From assembly GCA_051546255.1 (NCBI GenBank), contig CP128815.1, forward strand, positions 2,046,001 through 2,095,439: DNA of 49,439 bases, written 5' to 3'. Under the pieces are notes generated by a model. The model made no database searches, was not told the DNA's origin, and saw only the letters and a list, made by a program, of their open reading frames with translations. The position numbers were made by a program, and so were the translations under genes. Below, in pieces: positions 20,642 through 30,902 of this stretch. Source of the DNA: Meyerozyma guilliermondii (Eukaryota). Numbering within the stretch: position 1 is the first letter of the stretch; the number at the start of each line of letters is the position of its first letter.

Positions 20642-20734
20642 AATGTGGCACCTTTTTTTGCAATCGATCGTATTTCCTCTTTGGGACAGGTTGCAATTTC
20701 GCGCAGATGCCACACTGTGGCTGCGTCTATATAA
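20642..20734 (+). promoter_or_regulatory. TGTGGC sites (one inverted pair GCCACA-C-TGTGGC) plus TATA upstream of the sulfatase
   Basis: AATGTGGC 20642-49; GCCACACTGTGGC 20709-21; TATATAA 20728-34. Confidence 0.7.
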
Positions 20735-20761
20735 GTGCAGATCGCACCAAAATCGTACCCA

Positions 20762-22456
20762 ATGACAAAATCGAGACCAAACTTTCTCATCATTGTTGCT
20801 GACGACTTGGGGTTCACAGACTTGACTCCTTATGGAGGGGAGATCGATACTCCAAATTTGGACAGATTGAGTAAAGGCTGGAATACTCCAGGAACTGGAG
20901 CATTAGTTACCGACTTTCATACCGCTCCAACATGTTCTCCTACAAGATCAATGCTTTTTTCTGGAACCGATAACCACATTGCTGGGTTAGGTCAGATGGC
21001 AGAATTCATGAGAAGTGACCCAGATGCGTTTAAAGACAAACCAGGTTATGAAGGTTACTTGAATGATAGGGTCGCACCACTTCCTGAAATTCTTCAAGAC
21101 GACGGCTACTTTACTTGGATTTCTGGGAAATGGCATTTGGGTTTATTACCTGAATATTGGCCTGTGAAAAGAGGATTTGAAAAAGTCTTCACCTTGTTGC
21201 CTGGTGCTGGAAATCATTACAAGTACTTTCCTGGTTTGGGTGATACCAATTTCAAATTTTTACCACCTTTATTCTGTGAAGACGACAAGGATTTTAATCC
21301 TGAAACTCTTCCAGAAAATTTCTACTCCACTGACTATTATACAGACAAAGGAATTGAGTATATTGTGGACGAGTCTTTGAGAAAAGGAAGACCATTCTTT
21401 GGCTGTCTCACTTATACCGCTCCGCATTGGCCCTATCAGGCACCTGAAGAACGGGTGCAAAAATACCGAGGAAAATATGATAATGGTCCTGAAAACTTGA
21501 GGAAGACCAGATTGGAAGCAGCAATTAAATTGGGTATTGTCCCTGAAAATATCAAGCCTCATGTCATGACATCGCTCAAAAAAGACAGATGGAAAGATTT
21601 GAGCGACGAAGACCGTCGCTACCAAGCAAGAATCATGGAGACGTACGCTGCGATGGTGGATATTTTGGACGAAAATGTTGGAAAAGTGGTGAAGGTTTTG
21701 GAAGAAAGGGGAGAATTGGACAATACTTTCATTGCATTTATGTCAGATAATGGTGCAGAAGGAATGACGAGAGAGGCACTTCCATTGGGAGCTGCACCTA
21801 TCCAAAATTATATCAACACTTACTACAATAATTCCTACGAGAATATTGGCAAAAAGGACTCATTTGTCTTTTATGGTGACCAATGGGCTCAAGCCGCTAC
21901 CGCCCCATGGTACAAATATAAAGCGTGGGCGTCGGAAGGTGGAATCAGATGTCCGTTAATTGTTCATCATCCTCAAATTTTGCAGCCATCACCAGAGAAA
22001 AAAATCTACAACACATTCACAACCGTGATGGATATCTTGCCCACTGTTCTTGAATTAGCTGGAGTGGAGCATCCTGGATCGACTTACAAGGGCAGAAAAG
22101 TAGCAATTCCAAAAGGAAAATCGTGGGTATCGCATTTGGCTGGAAAAGACGAAAAAGTTCATCCTGATGGTACGGTTACAGGATGGGAGCTATTTGGCCA
22201 ACAGGCGGTTCGAAAGGACCCATACAAAGCTTTGAACATTCCTGCTCCTTATGGGTCTGGTGAGTGGGAGCTATACAATATTAGAGATGATCCTGGAGAA
22301 ACCACCGACTTGGCCAAAGATGAGCCAGAAAAACTTCAAGAGATGATTAACCATTGGTTGGAGTATGTTGCTGAAACTGGTATGATCGAGGTGAGGCACA
22401 TTTTCTACAACTTTAACGACATCCCCGAGGTCAAGTGGACTGTGTGTGAGGACTAA
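20762..22456 (+). CDS. Arylsulfatase (type I, formylglycine-dependent), no signal peptide
   Basis: RPNFLIIVADDLG, CSPTR (CxPxR), GKWHLG, YTAPHWP, SDNG, EGGIRCP, WELYNIRDDPGE; ATG at 20762. Confidence 0.94.
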   Translation: MTKSRPNFLIIVADDLGFTDLTPYGGEIDTPNLDRLSKGWNTPGTGALVTDFHTAPTCSPTRSMLFSGTDNHIAGLGQMAEFMRSDPDAFKDKPGYEGYLNDRVAPLPEILQDDGYFTWISGKWHLGLLPEYWPVKRGFEKVFTLLPGAGNHYKYFPGLGDTNFKFLPPLFCEDDKDFNPETLPENFYSTDYYTDKGIEYIVDESLRKGRPFFGCLTYTAPHWPYQAPEERVQKYRGKYDNGPENLRKTRLEAAIKLGIVPENIKPHVMTSLKKDRWKDLSDEDRRYQARIMETYAAMVDILDENVGKVVKVLEERGELDNTFIAFMSDNGAEGMTREALPLGAAPIQNYINTYYNNSYENIGKKDSFVFYGDQWAQAATAPWYKYKAWASEGGIRCPLIVHHPQILQPSPEKKIYNTFTTVMDILPTVLELAGVEHPGSTYKGRKVAIPKGKSWVSHLAGKDEKVHPDGTVTGWELFGQQAVRKDPYKALNIPAPYGSGEWELYNIRDDPGETTDLAKDEPEKLQEMINHWLEYVAETGMIEVRHIFYNFNDIPEVKWTVCED

Positions 22457-22758
22457 AAAAGAGATAAGATATGTATAGAATAGAGTAAAATATGAATAGA
22501 AAATAGAGTTACAAATTTGAATAAAGTCAAGACACTTTCAGGACCTAATGAACTATATAAGCGAATTCAATAGTACAACCTTTTCAAGATCTCTAATTCA
22601 ACTTCATTCAAAAATAGACTCATTTTAAAAATACGATTAAAATAACTTCCACTAAAAAATAAATCAACAACGATTACTTATTCCAGAAACTACATCTTAA
22701 AAGCTAATCAGTTTATTCTACTGCTCAACACCGTTGAACTATAATAATTTATTTTCAT

Positions 22759-24867
22759 CTACACCAACTCCTCGTTATCCTCATTGATCTCGTTTCTCTG
22801 TCTGTCTTCCAACGATGGTCTGTTCAAGTGAGCACGGAACTCTTCTTCGTATGGAGCAGTGTAACTTCCTGGAGCAGGGTTTCTGTCCTTAACAATCTTG
22901 AAAAAGTTTTCGTAGACATTACCATCGTAGTTACCCAACGAGGAGTTGATGATCATATCAGACAAGTTGAAAGCATCAGTCAATGGAATGACATGGGGCC
23001 TCAAGTCAGCACACAATTTCTGGATGTACTCAGAAGACAAGTACGAAACGGTGTCGGAATCCAAAACCTTGAAAGTCAAAAAGATACCGGAGAATCCTTC
23101 CAAAATGACGGACGATGAGTATAATTGAGCCAACTGTTTCAAGACCAGCTTCATTGGCCCTTCCTCAAGGGTATTGAACTTCTCAAGGAACGACTTCAAC
23201 ATGAAGAAATGGGCCAACATCTTAGACAATTCCACCAATCTGGCACCAATGTAGTCCCAGTCCTCACCATTCTTGTCCAAGTCTGCCAACGCCTGGTTGG
23301 CGGTTCTGATAAGTGCAACTTCCACAGCCTTCAACACCTGTTCTAAAGATTCAAGCTGGTCTTTCTTCAACACAATTTCGTTGTTCAAGTATTGCTTAGT
23401 GTTGTTCAAAAAGTCAAGAATACCAGTGGCCTTGTTTCCATCCTTGATAACTCCACTGATGTTTTTGACCAATTGCTTTCCAATCGACATACCAAGAATG
23501 TTGTTGTCTCCCTCCCAGGTACATTGGACTGCCCAGTCGTTGTAAGTCTTTCCGAATCCAGAGTATGAAGAGTAACCATGTCCACCACAAGCTTGTCTAC
23601 ACTGCTCAATGGTGTTCAAAGTAGACCAGGTACAAGTGGATTTCAACGAGCCAGAAGCCACAAACAACGACTTCATCTCCTCAATTCCCTTGTCAATACC
23701 AGCCTTGTCATCTTGCGAAACGGCATGGTCCAAACTGTCCATCGTCTTCTTGGAGAGTTGGTCCAAGACATTGGCACCGTTGGAAAATGCATAGGCTGTG
23801 GCCAACAAGGGGATCAAACGACGCTGATGCAAAGGATAGTTCATAATCTGGTTCTCCCCGTCGTTTTCGCCAGCTTTAGATGCCTTGAATTGACGTCTGG
23901 CAATGGCGTATCTGATAGCGATGGTTACCACCTTGGCACTCCATCTGAACGAATCCTTCACCATCACCACTCTTCCGCCCAACAAGGCCGAATAAGACAA
24001 TTGGTTGTTTGGAGGCTCGGTAACTTCACCGTCGGCGGAAACCTTACAGTATTTTTGCAACATATTGTAGCGAGGAATTCTCACGTTGGAAAATTGGATC
24101 CAACCATTGTCAATACCATCCCTTCCCATTTTGGCTCCAATGTCTCCCACAACAACACCGGGGTTCAAGTTGTGGTTGGAGTCACGGAGAGGCACCACAA
24201 AAGTCTTGACACCATAATCTTTGCCCTTGACGATCAATCTGGCGTACACAGTAGTATGGGTAGCCGAGTGAGCAGCACCTCCAATCCACCACTTGGTGGC
24301 ACCAATGTGAGGAGTGTTGATGACAAACTGCTCGTTTTCCACGTCGTAGGTGGCGGTAGTCTCCAAACCAGCAACATTGGAACCATGGGCCAATTCTGTC
24401 ATGGCGAAACATCCGTAGATTTGTTTGACATAGGCAGCTTCTTTGTTCAAAACCCAGTAGTACATCTGCTCCGACGTTCCGTTACCACGAATACATCCCA
24501 AAAACAATCCCAAATGGACACCAATTCTGGTATGGAGTTGAGGATCCATCAAACTGACCAACGACATTCTGTTTTCAAAAGACGAAAAGTTTTCCAGCTC
24601 AATGTACAGTGCAAGTCTTGCTATTTTGCGTGCTGTCTCCAATCTGTGTTCGGCTTTGGTCATGTCATAAACTTTGGAAGAAACTTGTAAAATTGGGTCT
24701 CTTTCCATCTGTTGAATCATCTGCTTAATTTCATCGGACTTTTCTTTGGAGCCTTCCAAGAAATGATTCATGAGTTCAGGATCAAAGGTAGCCTTGGCAC
24801 GCTCCGCCTGAATGGCCAAAGCTGGAGTAGGGATATTACCACTTTGAATCGTGTTTTTTACTTCCAT
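22759..24867 (-). CDS. POX1: Peroxisomal acyl-CoA oxidase
   Basis: GCFAMTELAHGSNV, KWWIGG, GDIGAKMGRDGIDNG, CGGHGY, CTWEGDN. ATG at 24867 preferred because TATAAA lies at 24901-06; the exact paralogue is uncertain. Confidence 0.95.
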   Translation of the reverse strand: MEVKNTIQSGNIPTPALAIQAERAKATFDPELMNHFLEGSKEKSDEIKQMIQQMERDPILQVSSKVYDMTKAEHRLETARKIARLALYIELENFSSFENRMSLVSLMDPQLHTRIGVHLGLFLGCIRGNGTSEQMYYWVLNKEAAYVKQIYGCFAMTELAHGSNVAGLETTATYDVENEQFVINTPHIGATKWWIGGAAHSATHTTVYARLIVKGKDYGVKTFVVPLRDSNHNLNPGVVVGDIGAKMGRDGIDNGWIQFSNVRIPRYNMLQKYCKVSADGEVTEPPNNQLSYSALLGGRVVMVKDSFRWSAKVVTIAIRYAIARRQFKASKAGENDGENQIMNYPLHQRRLIPLLATAYAFSNGANVLDQLSKKTMDSLDHAVSQDDKAGIDKGIEEMKSLFVASGSLKSTCTWSTLNTIEQCRQACGGHGYSSYSGFGKTYNDWAVQCTWEGDNNILGMSIGKQLVKNISGVIKDGNKATGILDFLNNTKQYLNNEIVLKKDQLESLEQVLKAVEVALIRTANQALADLDKNGEDWDYIGARLVELSKMLAHFFMLKSFLEKFNTLEEGPMKLVLKQLAQLYSSSVILEGFSGIFLTFKVLDSDTVSYLSSEYIQKLCADLRPHVIPLTDAFNLSDMIINSSLGNYDGNVYENFFKIVKDRNPAPGSYTAPYEEEFRAHLNRPSLEDRQRNEINEDNEELV

Positions 24868-24973
24868 AGTGTAATTTAGATATTTGTGACAAAATCCAGC
24901 TTTATAACATGCAAATTGCGGGGGTAAGATGCACATGCGATCATGTGAACTTCGGGGGTGTCTGGGCGTGGGT

Positions 24974-25225
24974 CCGAGGTTGACGTGGAATACCGAGAGC
25001 GAAAAAGAAAGAAGAAAGAGAGGGTAAAATTTGTACCAAAAGCTATTAATTGTCTTTTGGAATGTATGTCCGATTCATATTTTGTATTTTATAGCAACTC
25101 TTTCTGAATTTTTCTGAATTTTTCCTCGGGTCACTGGTGAGTACATCCGTACACCTCCGCTTTGTGCATCCGCGGCACTGGAAAGAGCATGCTATTCTTC
25201 CTGCACGCGACTGGTAACTCCGAGG
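24974..25225. promoter_or_regulatory. Three CCTCGG/CCGAGG sites (FarA/Ctf1-type fatty-acid response element) upstream of the acyl-CoA oxidase
   Basis: CCGAGG 24974-79, CCTCGG 25124-29, CCGAGG 25220-25. Confidence 0.6.
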
Positions 25226-25240
25226 TGTGCAGCTGGTGTG

Positions 25241-26185
25241 TCAATCCTGCAGATGGTGGACATGGTGGGGTACGTCAGTGCCCAGTTGAGAAAGTGGTAT
25301 GTTTTTGGCATTATGAAAAACACCTGCAATTATCTGAAAAACGAAGGATGCCCACAAGAGACCCATGCCTGTGGTTCCAGAACGAACCAGGGTAGATCTG
25401 ACTTGGCTGCGAATTTCGTTGGCATATCCAATGGCTGCAATAGTATAGCAGATTGCATATATAAGATGACATATTAGCAGAAACCATGCAAGACATCCAC
25501 ACGGAACGTATTTGAACCTTCCTGAAGCGTCGGCAATAACACTGAACCAACAAACTACAAACCCGACTAGTGCCATGATACTTATTGGTTGAAGTACCTT
25601 GAAGGCATTATTCATGGAATTAAGTTTGGGATGAGATTTTGGTTTATAATTGAATCCTGGCACATTAATGTGTTTCTCGGAGTTTTCATTAAGAGTTTTG
25701 GGAAGATTTATGCCTTCCAGATTGGAAATCTTGGTGGTTTTCGTTGGCTGCAAATAGTACTGGAGCCAATTGAAGATGCCCACTTGGTAATATTCATGGA
25801 AGCCAAGATTGTAGCCAGAGACATATTCGTAGTCGTCTGGAAGAGCACCGTTTGACCCCATGAAAATTGGTTTTTGTGAACTTTCGTTGGTCATGTTTTC
25901 TGTAACCTGGAATTGAGTGTATCCAATGTCGAACCGAACTATATAGATGTCCTTTACGCCATACGAAACTGATCCAAGAGTCACCATGAGAAGAGCTATC
26001 ACGATGAAAATGGAATATATTATTGGAAAAAACCACCCTGATCGACTCACTTTTTGATTTCTTTGCACATTTTTCAGAGACTTTCTTATTATTTGAGTGG
26101 TGGTGTGGGTATAGTGGGAGAATGTTGTGAAGCCATTCTGAGGCTGTGAAGTTGCTTCTGTATACGCTGGCGGCTCCTGAGTCAT
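25241..26185 (-). CDS. SUR7/PalI-family tetraspan membrane protein with N-terminal PPAY motif
   Basis: One TM, a long glycosylatable loop with YYQVGIFNW, then three TMs (GTTGMGLLWASF). ATG at 26185 with a TATA ~26 nt upstream. Confidence 0.75.
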   Translation of the reverse strand: MTQEPPAYTEATSQPQNGFTTFSHYTHTTTQIIRKSLKNVQRNQKVSRSGWFFPIIYSIFIVIALLMVTLGSVSYGVKDIYIVRFDIGYTQFQVTENMTNESSQKPIFMGSNGALPDDYEYVSGYNLGFHEYYQVGIFNWLQYYLQPTKTTKISNLEGINLPKTLNENSEKHINVPGFNYKPKSHPKLNSMNNAFKVLQPISIMALVGFVVCWFSVIADASGRFKYVPCGCLAWFLLICHLIYAICYTIAAIGYANEIRSQVRSTLVRSGTTGMGLLWASFVFQIIAGVFHNAKNIPLSQLGTDVPHHVHHLQD

Positions 26186-27013
26186 TTGTTTGGTTTGTGG
26201 GGCTGCATTGTTTATATGGGAATGCCAAGAAGTGCCTGCATGATTAATCAATTTACGAAGTTTAAATCCGAGATTTCGCGAATTTGGAGTGAAGTCGATG
26301 AAAATTAGAATGGATTGAAAAAGTGAAAAGTGAAAACTTAGAAAGTTAAAAGTTGAGAAGGTTAACTGTTCTTCCTAAGATAGATCAACCATTTCAAGTT
26401 ATCCCAGTTCTCAAAATAAGGTCAAATTGTCAGCTATTTTACAGTTCTCTCATAGTTTAAAAAAACATGATGATGTTGCGGAAGCTGATATTCAAGCTAG
26501 CTAATTCGCATACTCTGACTTCATTTGAGGTGAACAATACATGGTGAGTTCGCTTGGTCGTAGCACGAATGGCTGAAATTATATATTGTGCGAAAATAAG
26601 CGAAAAATAATTTTCAATGAAAATCTTAGCAGGTATTCAAGACAGGCTTCCTCAAATTAATCAAAGAGACGAATTGTTATAGTTTGGTAGTGCTTAGGAC
26701 GCAATCTCTCAGAATATAGTCTGAAAGTTTAACTCGATGAATAAAGCAATATTCAATTTAGTTCATATAACTACAGTTGGAATGTGAAGTGTTCCCTCAC
26801 TCGAGACAGCCTCGGAGAAACGCTAGTGGGAACTCAAACCCAAAGTCAATTTCAAATTCCAAAGCTTATTTTTCGCAGCCATCAAAGTTTATTTCTTTCG
26901 CAGCCAATTCACCAGTGCACCAATTTCCAGCCATGTCCAAGCCACCATGCAGGGTCCCCCTACTTTCCCTGCGGCGTTTCTTGTGGCAAATCCATCTTTC
27001 TTCCTAATTAACC

Positions 27014-27988
27014 ATGGCTAGTTTCACAGAAAAATTCGGCAATCTCTACAACAACAATCTTTGTCCGTCCAAACCTAAATTCTTACCAGAGGACTATCCT
27101 GATTTAACAGGTAAAACTGTACTTGTAACAGGTGCAAATGCGGGAATTGGCTACGAAACCACCAAACTTCTCTTGGAAGCTGGTGCCCAAGTGTTGGTAG
27201 TTGTGAGAAGTTTGGAAAAAATGAAGGCTGCTGAGGACAAATTGAAACTGGAGGGTGCTGAAACTTCAAGATTGGAAATTTTTGAGGGTGATTTCAGCGA
27301 CTTGGCCTCTATTGGAAAATGTGGTAAAAACATTGTGGAAAAACAATCTGAAATCCATATTGTCATTCACAATGCCGGTGTGATGCTTCCTCCTCGTGGA
27401 TCTGTCACCAAACAGGACTACGACTTGCAATTGGGCGTCAATGCTTTGGCACCTTACTTGCTTCAAAAGTACCTTGACCCAGTAGTTTTAGCTGCTAAAA
27501 CTGACCAATTTGTGCCGCGGGTGATTTGGGTGTCCTCCAACTCGTACCTTTTTGCTCCTGGACCAAGGGGCTTGCTTCCTTATGAGGAGATCAACGACAA
27601 GGATGGAAAAAGTACGTTATTCGCACTTTATGGTCAGTCCAAAGTGGCGCTTAATTACAACGCTTTGATTTATGCGGAAAAGTACAAAGGAAAGATCATC
27701 ACTGCTGCCCTCAATCCAGGCGGGTTAAAAACAGATTTACAAAGAAACACTCTGGCTTTCGAACAGTGGTTGGCACGGCTGTTGTTGAAGGATCCGGTGT
27801 ATGGTTCGTATACGGAGCTCTATGCGGCGTTGAGCCCCGATATCACAGTGGAAAATAGCGGCTGTTTCGTGAGACCTTGGGGACAAATTGAAGAGTATTG
27901 TGGCTTTATTAAACAGGGGTTGAAGGATGGAACCGCTAAAAAGCTTAACGAGTGGACCGAAGAGCAAATTGCCCCATATTATCAGTGA
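27014..27988 (+). CDS. Short-chain dehydrogenase/reductase (retinol-dehydrogenase-like)
   Basis: TGANAGIG, HNAGVM, YGQSK (YxxxK), LNPGGLKTDLQR, PWG. Confidence 0.93.
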   Translation: MASFTEKFGNLYNNNLCPSKPKFLPEDYPDLTGKTVLVTGANAGIGYETTKLLLEAGAQVLVVVRSLEKMKAAEDKLKLEGAETSRLEIFEGDFSDLASIGKCGKNIVEKQSEIHIVIHNAGVMLPPRGSVTKQDYDLQLGVNALAPYLLQKYLDPVVLAAKTDQFVPRVIWVSSNSYLFAPGPRGLLPYEEINDKDGKSTLFALYGQSKVALNYNALIYAEKYKGKIITAALNPGGLKTDLQRNTLAFEQWLARLLLKDPVYGSYTELYAALSPDITVENSGCFVRPWGQIEEYCGFIKQGLKDGTAKKLNEWTEEQIAPYYQ

Positions 27989-28113
27989 GAAAGAGGAGTA
28001 GATCCATTCACTTCACTTTACTGTTTTCTACCCTTTTTTGTGGTTTTTGCTATTAATTTGCTAACTATTTGCTATCAATTACTTGAATTTTGCGGCTTAG
28101 TCCGTCTTGGCAT

Positions 28114-28204
28114 GCGGCTGTCCTAATCGGGGCTCACTTCCGAAGCCAGCAATTCCTTTCGCTCATCTCCTCACTACTACTCCATGGGCTAACCTTCACC
28201 CCTC
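28114..28204 (+). pseudogene. Truncated duplicate of the promoter and first 7 codons of the DUF4336-like gene at 36121
   Basis: 28114-28143 matches 36023-36052 at 27/30; 28182-28204 matches 36119-36141 at 22/23. ATG GGC TAA replaces ATG GGC TAC. Confidence 0.85.
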
Positions 28205-28719
28205 TCCACTTCCTCAAAACACTTGGAAGTTTTGCGGTCGCCATGAGTCCGTTCAAATCAAAGTTCAATCACTGGCCAACATAGGACCAGGATTCGATTT
28301 GGCATTGGTTTGGGGTTGTACGCCTCTCCAGCACTTATATCGGCAACAACAAGAGATACCGCAGTCGTTTCTGCGGACTTGGATTGAATACCTCAATCAC
28401 TGGGCCAGTTTGGATAATCCCTACTTACTCGGTAATATCTTATGTCCAGACATTTTTGTGGAACATTTAACTCTCAACTACATGTTAACAAAATGAGTCT
28501 ACTTGCCTAAATGGTATTGCTTGACTAACAATGAAGAACGTCACTTATTGCAAGAGGAAAAAGCAACCTCATGTCAAGTTGAGATAGCTTGTCGTGCCCA
28601 TGTGACTACTGCAAGGCTTCTTATCTAAATAATAATTTGCGAGGAATCTGGTGCAAAGATCTTGATAACGATACTTCCTTTTCGGGACACACGAGAATAT
28701 TGGATTTTTTACTCGCAAT

Positions 28720-30624
28720 ATGGTAGATGGTTCCGGTAACAAGGAAAGAAAGAAGAGAGGGAGTTACAGCAGAAGTGGTTGTTTTCAATGCAAATCTCGA
28801 AGAGTAAAGTGTGATGAACAAAAGCCAGAATGCTGGCAATGCCTGAGGCTTCGGAAAAGTTGTCTGTATCCAGAGTTGTCTAACGATGAAATAGGTGGTG
28901 GCAAGCAAAGTGCGAGGAAAAAGTCCAGAAGGAATATTGTCGAGAGGAGATTGACAGAATCCGGCTGGCAGGATCAAGTCGATGGTAGACGAGGAGAAAT
29001 AACCGAGACATTTGGTGAAGAGATTCCAGTTCCTAACAGGGAGGATGGTATCGCTATTTTCGGTACTGAACCAAAACCGCAAAATTTGAACGATACCTCC
29101 TCAATAGCCAATTTTGTTGGAGACTCTCTAGAAATTGGCGAGCGCAACCTCAGTTCTTTGGTTTCTGACTTGAACAAAATAGTAAACGACATGATGGTGG
29201 TGGATCATAATGTTAGCAGTGCCACTATTGAGAATGCCAGTGCCACTGAACTTACCGACACGTACGGTGGTACCGAGCCAATGAGCCATGCAAATGATTT
29301 ACCAAAAAACATACCGTTTGAGTATATCAAAGTGTGCAAAAATCAAGAGAGTATCTACCTTGAGGAATTTTACAATAACTTTGCAACCATCATTCAACCT
29401 TTCCACTCCTATGATGAGAAGATAGGCTACTTTTGCCCTGCTCGAGACATTCTTTTAGAGACAGCTTCCAGAGAGTCATTTCTACTATCAGCAATCATGG
29501 CTCAAGGTGCAAAAATGAGCTTCAAAAAACATCACCTCCAAGAAGACGATGAGGCATCTTACAAGTACTTGGTAACATGCTCCAAGCTCCTCGAACCAGC
29601 ATTAATAAAAGCCAGGCAAGATAAGAACTTGGTTAATAGCAAGATTGAAGCCGTTCTTTTAACAATCTTATTTTTGGTATCGTCGAATGCATCCATTCTG
29701 AACCTGGATTGGCGTTCACATTTGAGAGGAGCTAAGGAGTTACTCTTAAGTTACTCAACTCCAGACAGTGAACATTCGATTATCAAGTCAAAAATAATGG
29801 TGTTCTGCAAGCAATGGTTCATCTCATTCGAGATTTTGGCAGGTTTAAGTTCCAGGCGTGGTGGGACTTTGGCAACTCAACAGGAGATGAGTGTCATGTT
29901 GACGACTGATAATGTTCAGGAGATTGAAATTTTGAGAGAAATTGGAATCATACGACCGGATGGATTCAACTTGCTAATTGGTATGCACTACACTTGCTTG
30001 ACGCCAATACGAGGCCTCATTAAAATAGTAAAGCAAACCAGAGAAAGAGAAAATGAGACTTTACCAGACACCTTTGAGATCATTGACTTATTGAGTCAAT
30101 TCAATGAACAGATGAGCTTCGAGTTCATCGACCGCCGGTGTATCCTCAAGTCAGACTCTTTTGCTCAAACCGCAGGATCTTTATTGGGCGAGGTCACTAT
30201 TCGGAATGAAAAGCTTGTGATAAGTTGGATGGATATATGCCACCAAGCATATGTATTTGCGTCAATAGTGATACTCTTGAGGAAGGGTCTTCAATTTCCT
30301 AGCAAAGGAGCACATATACAAACGGTCAATCGAAAACTATTGGAATTGATTTCGTTTTTGGGACACTATCTGGAATTGTCTAACCATACCAAATGTTCAA
30401 TGATTCTTTTACAGTGGCCCATATTTGTGGCCGGGCTAAATTGTTTGGAAGACAAGGAAAAGCTATTGGTGATGAAATTTTTCAGAAACTCAGCTGATAT
30501 TGGCACTTCGAACTCTACCTATGCCTTGCGAAAACTTAACAAGTTTTGGAATCGTGCCACGGATGGAGACGAAAAGAACGATTATTTGGACAGTGGCAGT
30601 GACGTGGATGTATTTGCGTACTGA
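28720..30624 (+). CDS. Zn(II)2Cys6 transcription factor (Fungal_trans_2 type; Uga3/Lys14/Thi2-like architecture)
   Basis: SRSGCFQCKSRRVKCDEQKPECWQC…C.YP; WRSHLRGA and LQWPIFVAG motifs. Confidence 0.92.
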   Translation: MVDGSGNKERKKRGSYSRSGCFQCKSRRVKCDEQKPECWQCLRLRKSCLYPELSNDEIGGGKQSARKKSRRNIVERRLTESGWQDQVDGRRGEITETFGEEIPVPNREDGIAIFGTEPKPQNLNDTSSIANFVGDSLEIGERNLSSLVSDLNKIVNDMMVVDHNVSSATIENASATELTDTYGGTEPMSHANDLPKNIPFEYIKVCKNQESIYLEEFYNNFATIIQPFHSYDEKIGYFCPARDILLETASRESFLLSAIMAQGAKMSFKKHHLQEDDEASYKYLVTCSKLLEPALIKARQDKNLVNSKIEAVLLTILFLVSSNASILNLDWRSHLRGAKELLLSYSTPDSEHSIIKSKIMVFCKQWFISFEILAGLSSRRGGTLATQQEMSVMLTTDNVQEIEILREIGIIRPDGFNLLIGMHYTCLTPIRGLIKIVKQTRERENETLPDTFEIIDLLSQFNEQMSFEFIDRRCILKSDSFAQTAGSLLGEVTIRNEKLVISWMDICHQAYVFASIVILLRKGLQFPSKGAHIQTVNRKLLELISFLGHYLELSNHTKCSMILLQWPIFVAGLNCLEDKEKLLVMKFFRNSADIGTSNSTYALRKLNKFWNRATDGDEKNDYLDSGSDVDVFAY

Positions 30625-30902
30625 CGGGGATATTAAGGTCGTCTTCTGAGCTGTCTTCTGGTATATTTTCTATCACAGATCCGCTCAATTTGCAGCAAAA
30701 TTGCGAGCAATTTATCAGATCTGCATGCAAACTTAGATCGTTATCGCGAAACGGGCATCTCCAGATTGTGAACTCCATAGAGTTCGGCGCCTGATAAGTC
30801 AATCAGAGGATGTCCCGATCGGGTCAAACGATATGATCTTTAAATTTGATCAAGATTCTTAAACTCCCAAATTCAAGCACAAGTTTTCAATTTTCAATCA
30901 AC

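Noticed and set aside
23578..24690. 370-aa antisense ORF opposite the acyl-CoA oxidase (likewise 3013-3603 opposite LPD1)
   Set aside because: Shadow ORFs typical of strongly codon-biased genes; no recognisable motifs.
28107..28496. 129-aa ORF beginning like the extended DUF4336 ORF (GCPNRGS)
   Set aside because: Non-ATG start; the similarity comes from duplicated promoter DNA, not a protein.
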